Shown here one piece after another: positions 7,905-11,779 of a DNA stretch of 11,779 nt. The notes beneath the pieces are model-generated. The model had not been told where the DNA came from, ran no database searches, and saw only the letters and a program-made list of their open reading frames with translations. This stretch comes from Promethearchaeota archaeon (GTDB lineage: Archaea; Asgardarchaeota; Lokiarchaeia; Sigyniarchaeales; SOKP01): assembly GCA_048941265.1 (NCBI GenBank), contig JBHLNT010000128.1:1-11779 (forward strand), given 5' to 3'. The position numbers and the translations under genes are program-made. The first letter of the stretch is position 1; each line of letters begins with the position of its first letter.

Positions 7905-9614
7905 ATGAAAATAGTTGATAAAAAAACGATTGCTGAATATCTAAATTCTTCCATCGAAAATTTCTCAATAGATGAGCTGGAAAGCTTAATTGAAATTCCA
8001 CCTCAAAATATTAACTATTCTTATGCTTTTCCTGTGTACAAGTTGGCAAAATTTGAAAAAAAAGCACCAAATTTAATTGCTAAAGATTTAAAAGAAAATC
8101 TAGATTTGCCAAAATATTTGGATGAAATTGAAGTACAAGGTCCTTATTTAAATTTTAGAGTCAGTGCATTTACGGTTTTAAACAATATCTTCGAAATGAA
8201 TCAAGACTATGGAAAAATAAGAGAAATGGTAGAAAAAAATAAATTTAATTCTCTTAAAATTGTTATAGAATACCCTGCGCCTAATACAAATAAACCCCTT
8301 CATCTAGGACACGTTCGCAACATGTTATTAGGAAACACTTTATCTCAAATTTTAAAATATAAAGGTCATAAAGTATATGAAGTGAATTTGAACAATGACA
8401 GAGGGATACATATTTGCAAGAGTATGCTGGCATATAAAAAGTGGGGAAACAATGAAGAACCAAATGAAAGGAAATCCGATCATTTTGTAGGTGATTATTA
8501 TATTAAATATAGTCAAAAGGAAGAGCAAGATGCAAAGATAATAGATGAGGCTATGGATTTGCTGAAATTATGGGAGGAGGGAGATCCTGACACAAGAGCT
8601 TTATGGAAAAAAATGAATTCATGGGCGATTCAAGGTTTCGAAGAGACATATAAGAAATTCGGAATTTCATTTGACAAGGAATATTTTGAATCTGATTTTT
8701 ATTTAAAGGGAAAGAAAAAAATCATAGAGGGATTAAAAAAGGGAATTTTTGAAAAGAGAGGTGATGGAGCAGTAATAGCTAGATTAAATAATTTGCCAGA
8801 TAAGGTATTACTTCGAAGTGATGGCACTTCTATTTATATAACTCAGGATATTTATTTAGCTTATTTAAAAAAGAAAGATTTTGATTATGATGAGTCAATA
8901 TATGTAGTAGGCAATGAACAAGATCTTTACTTTAAACAACTTTTTGCAGTATTGGATATGGTTGGTTTTAAAGAACAAAAATATCATCTATCTTATGGCA
9001 TGATTAGTTTACCTGAGGGTAAAATGAAAAGTAGAGAAGGTACCGTGGTTGATGCGGATGACATTATTGAACAAATGAATCATCTTGCGTATGAAGAAGT
9101 TCATAAAAGATATCCAAACCTGTCAGATAGGGAGAAATTACATAGGGCAGAGATAATTGGGATGTCTGCTTTGAGATTTTTCATTTTGAAATTTAGTCCA
9201 AAATCTGATTTTGTTTTTAATCCTAAAGAGAGTATTTCTTTTGAGGGAGAAACGGGACCATACATTCAATATTGTTATGCGAGAATAGAATCAATAATTA
9301 ATAAATCTCAAGAAAATATTGATTTAAATATCAATTTCAAACTATTAAATCATGAAAAAGAACTAATATTAATTAAACAACTAAATTATTTACCAGAAAT
9401 TATTGATATGGCAGTCAAAACATATGGTATTCATTTAATACCTCAGTATCTTTTGAGTTTATGTCAGGATTTTAATTCATTTTATGGTACCTGTCAAGTT
9501 ATATCAGAATATAAAGATTTAGAGAAAGCAAGATTGTTATTAATAAAATGTGTTCAAATTGTTATAAAAATAGGACTAAATCTTCTAGGAATAGAAACCT
9601 TAGAAGAAATGTAA
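7905..9614 (+). CDS. argS: Arginine--tRNA ligase
   Basis: Class I HIGH motif PNTNKPLHLGHVRN, KMSK-like GKMKSREG, RSDGTSIYITQD, the FEGETGPYIQYCYAR start of the anticodon-binding domain, and the canonical terminal Met (LEEM). Confidence 0.97.
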   Translation: MKIVDKKTIAEYLNSSIENFSIDELESLIEIPPQNINYSYAFPVYKLAKFEKKAPNLIAKDLKENLDLPKYLDEIEVQGPYLNFRVSAFTVLNNIFEMNQDYGKIREMVEKNKFNSLKIVIEYPAPNTNKPLHLGHVRNMLLGNTLSQILKYKGHKVYEVNLNNDRGIHICKSMLAYKKWGNNEEPNERKSDHFVGDYYIKYSQKEEQDAKIIDEAMDLLKLWEEGDPDTRALWKKMNSWAIQGFEETYKKFGISFDKEYFESDFYLKGKKKIIEGLKKGIFEKRGDGAVIARLNNLPDKVLLRSDGTSIYITQDIYLAYLKKKDFDYDESIYVVGNEQDLYFKQLFAVLDMVGFKEQKYHLSYGMISLPEGKMKSREGTVVDADDIIEQMNHLAYEEVHKRYPNLSDREKLHRAEIIGMSALRFFILKFSPKSDFVFNPKESISFEGETGPYIQYCYARIESIINKSQENIDLNINFKLLNHEKELILIKQLNYLPEIIDMAVKTYGIHLIPQYLLSLCQDFNSFYGTCQVISEYKDLEKARLLLIKCVQIVIKIGLNLLGIETLEEM

Positions 9615-9646
9615 GATTTAATTAGTAGAAAAATTTTAAAACTATC

Positions 9647-10558
9647 ATGAGATTTTTTGATTTTAGAGAAACTATAGATTCTGATACCCAATTTATAATT
9701 TTTGGTATTCCTTGGGATTATTTAACTTCTATTGAGGGCCCAAATTCATCAATCGCCCCTCAAAAAATTCGTAATGTTACTGAAAATTTGGCACTTACAA
9801 CTGAATTAGGATTTGAAATCCCGAATCTTAAAGCTGTTGATATTGGAGATATAAAAATTGAATCCATGAATGTTGAGAAAAATCTTATAGAAATAAAGAA
9901 TTTCATTAATAACATCTATGAACAAAAGAAAGATATTATTATCGTTATGATTGGAGGCGATCATTTCTGTTCTTACCCCGTAATAAAAGCAGTAGGTGAT
10001 AAACAAGACAATAAGACAGATTTTGGAGTATTAATATTTGACTCTCATTTAGACTTGTATGAAGAATGGGATAAGGGAGTATATTCTCATGCTACTATTT
10101 CTCATAGAATTTTCGATTTAGATTATATTAATAACAAAAATATATTGATCGTAGGTACAAGAGATATTGATATTCCTGAGCTAGATATCGCCAAGACAGA
10201 GGAAATTGTTCATTTTGACGCACACTTACTTATAGAAATCGGTTTAAAGCAATTTACTGATAATATTATTAATTTCTTCAAAAGTGCGAAGATTAAAGAT
10301 CTATATATTTCAATTGATATAGATGCTTTAGATCCATCTATAGCCCCTGCTACTGGATTTGCTATTCCCGGGGGTTTTACCTATAGAGAACTATGGAAAA
10401 TTTTAAGAGAAATAACTAACCATTTTAATGTAGTAGGATTTGATATAGTTGAGGTTGCTCCAAATTTGGATCTTCCTAATAATTTGACCAGTAATTTGGC
10501 AGCCAAATTAATCGTAGAAATTATGGATTTTATCACAAATAGGAAAAACAGAGAATAA
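9647..10558 (+). CDS. speB: Agmatinase-like ureohydrolase (arginase family)
   Basis: Binuclear metal motifs GGDH, DSHLD and SIDIDALDP, plus YSHAT, APATG, PGG and VEVAP. The family is certain; the substrate is inferred. Confidence 0.85.
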   Translation: MRFFDFRETIDSDTQFIIFGIPWDYLTSIEGPNSSIAPQKIRNVTENLALTTELGFEIPNLKAVDIGDIKIESMNVEKNLIEIKNFINNIYEQKKDIIIVMIGGDHFCSYPVIKAVGDKQDNKTDFGVLIFDSHLDLYEEWDKGVYSHATISHRIFDLDYINNKNILIVGTRDIDIPELDIAKTEEIVHFDAHLLIEIGLKQFTDNIINFFKSAKIKDLYISIDIDALDPSIAPATGFAIPGGFTYRELWKILREITNHFNVVGFDIVEVAPNLDLPNNLTSNLAAKLIVEIMDFITNRKNRE

Positions 10559-10559
10559 C

Positions 10560-11510
10560 ATGAAAGAAAAAGATATTAAAGAGGTTTTTAAAAAGGTCAA
10601 TCAATTTAAAATAGAACTAGATGATAATATAGTCGATCTTATAGAAAATTTTAAGGGAACTGGTTTTAATGCGAAAAGAATGGCTTTAGCATGCGAAATT
10701 TATAAAGAAATGATTGAAGATAGAGATTGTGTCAAATTCTTTGGATTAGCAGGTGCTATGGTTCCAGTCGGTATGCAACAAATAATTCATGATTTTGTAG
10801 AAGAGGGATTCATTGATATCTTAGTAACTACAGGTGCGAATTTAACTCATGATCTCGCAGAGACTTTAGGGTATCATCATCTTCAAGGAAAAGTTCATAT
10901 TGAAAGCTTGGATGACTCAGCTTTATATGACCAGGAAATGAACAGAATATACGATGTCTTTCTGCCAAATAAGGTTTATGAAGGTATCGAAGATTTTGTG
11001 TCGAAATTGAAGATTCCAGATAATAATATGTCAGTCAGCGCATTCTTAAAATTTTTAGGAGAAAGTATACCAGATAATCCTAAATCAATTTTAAAGATTT
11101 GTGCTGAAAAAGGTGTCCCAATATTTTGTCCAGCTTTTACTGATTCTGGTTTAGCTCTGCAATTAGGATTTCACCATAAACAATTGAATCTCAATCATTT
11201 TAAAGATATGCTAGAGATGGTAAATTTTGCATGGGACGCGAAAAAAGCGGGTATTTGTATAATTGGCGGAGGGGTACCGAAAAATTTTATCTTCCAATCT
11301 ATGCAGTTTTGTCCAAATTCTGCTAATTATGCGATTCAAATTACAATGGATAGACCTGAACCAGGCGGGCTCTCAGGTGCTACACTAGACGAGGCTAAAT
11401 CATGGGGCAAAGTAAATAAAAATGCGATGCATTCAACAGTTATTTCAGATGCAACAATAGCCCTTCCAATTATCTTCTGGTATCTGAAACAATCAAGAGA
11501 AGGAAGATAA
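10560..11510 (+). CDS. dys: Deoxyhypusine synthase family protein (archaeal/bacterial subtype)
   Basis: Motifs TGFNA, AGAM, TTGANLTHD, NRIYDV, CPAFTDS, GGGVPKN, GGLSGA, the active-site Lys in EAKSWGK (K284) and DATIALP. Starts 1 nt after the speB stop. Confidence 0.92.
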   Translation: MKEKDIKEVFKKVNQFKIELDDNIVDLIENFKGTGFNAKRMALACEIYKEMIEDRDCVKFFGLAGAMVPVGMQQIIHDFVEEGFIDILVTTGANLTHDLAETLGYHHLQGKVHIESLDDSALYDQEMNRIYDVFLPNKVYEGIEDFVSKLKIPDNNMSVSAFLKFLGESIPDNPKSILKICAEKGVPIFCPAFTDSGLALQLGFHHKQLNLNHFKDMLEMVNFAWDAKKAGICIIGGGVPKNFIFQSMQFCPNSANYAIQITMDRPEPGGLSGATLDEAKSWGKVNKNAMHSTVISDATIALPIIFWYLKQSREGR

Positions 11511-11515
11511 AGTGT

Positions 11516-11779
11516 TTAAAAAAAAGTGCCTCTTAGTTTCTCATCTATTGTTTTAGTTTCTGAACCAAAAATGCGATCAAGATTTTCCTTAAAGCTTTGA
11601 AATTGAGAAACTTCTGATAAATTTTTTCCATCATATTTCGCTATAAATCGTTTAATTATTTCTTTTAATGAAGGAATCACGACTTTTGAGATATGCTTCT
11701 CCACCTTTTTTTCCTTATCTAATATAGCATATGCAATTAGTGGTTCAGGTTCCGGACTATCTTCAGGTTTTATTTTATC
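11516..11779 (-). CDS. 5'-truncated protein whose C-terminus resembles an Asgard longin-like domain
   Basis: The frame stays open from the window edge: DKIKPEDSPEPEPLIAYAILDKEKKVEKHISKVVIPSLKEIIKRFIAKYDGKNLSEVSQFQSFKENLDRIFGSETKTIDEKLRGTFF*. The ORF track's GTG start at 11704 is therefore probably internal. The pattern is strand(LIAYAILD)-helix(LxxIxxxFxxxY)-helix(FxxFxxxLDxI). The CDS is likely real; the fold is tentative. Confidence 0.6.
   Translation of the reverse strand, partial: DKIKPEDSPEPEPLIAYAILDKEKKVEKHISKVVIPSLKEIIKRFIAKYDGKNLSEVSQFQSFKENLDRIFGSETKTIDEKLRGTFF

Noticed and set aside
8281-10006. Short antisense ORFs 8281-8463 and 9806-10006
   Set aside because: Shadows of argS and speB.
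198-11518. Stop-codon recoding or selenoproteins
   Set aside because: All accepted genes end in TAA and appear full length, and no in-frame TGA/TAG interrupts a conserved domain. The TAA bias fits the low GC content.

Overview
AT-rich, gene-dense archaeal window that most likely comes from an Asgard archaeon (Lokiarchaeia-like). This is an inference from the tailless Rab-like GTPase with a WDFGGEE switch-II, a longin-like ORF fragment and an archaeal-type deoxyhypusine synthase. Order: two uncharacterised polytopic membrane proteins; a 700-aa acidic, secreted, C-terminally anchored surface glycoprotein; a long-chain acyl-CoA ligase; on the minus strand a Rab-like small GTPase and a Lin0512-family protein; an argS-agmatinase-deoxyhypusine synthase-like operon; and the C-terminal part of a convergent longin-like protein cut by the window end. 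I see no RNA genes, CRISPR arrays or mobile elements. The most interesting elements are the tightly coupled ureohydrolase plus non-eukaryotic-type DHS pair (agmatine-based deoxyhypusination or homospermidine synthesis), the Rab-like GTPase with substitutions in G3 and G4, the longin-like fragment that the ORF track truncates, and the surface glycoprotein, which may have a LAMP/GLMP-like fold. All family assignments come from recognising motifs by eye; no searches were run.
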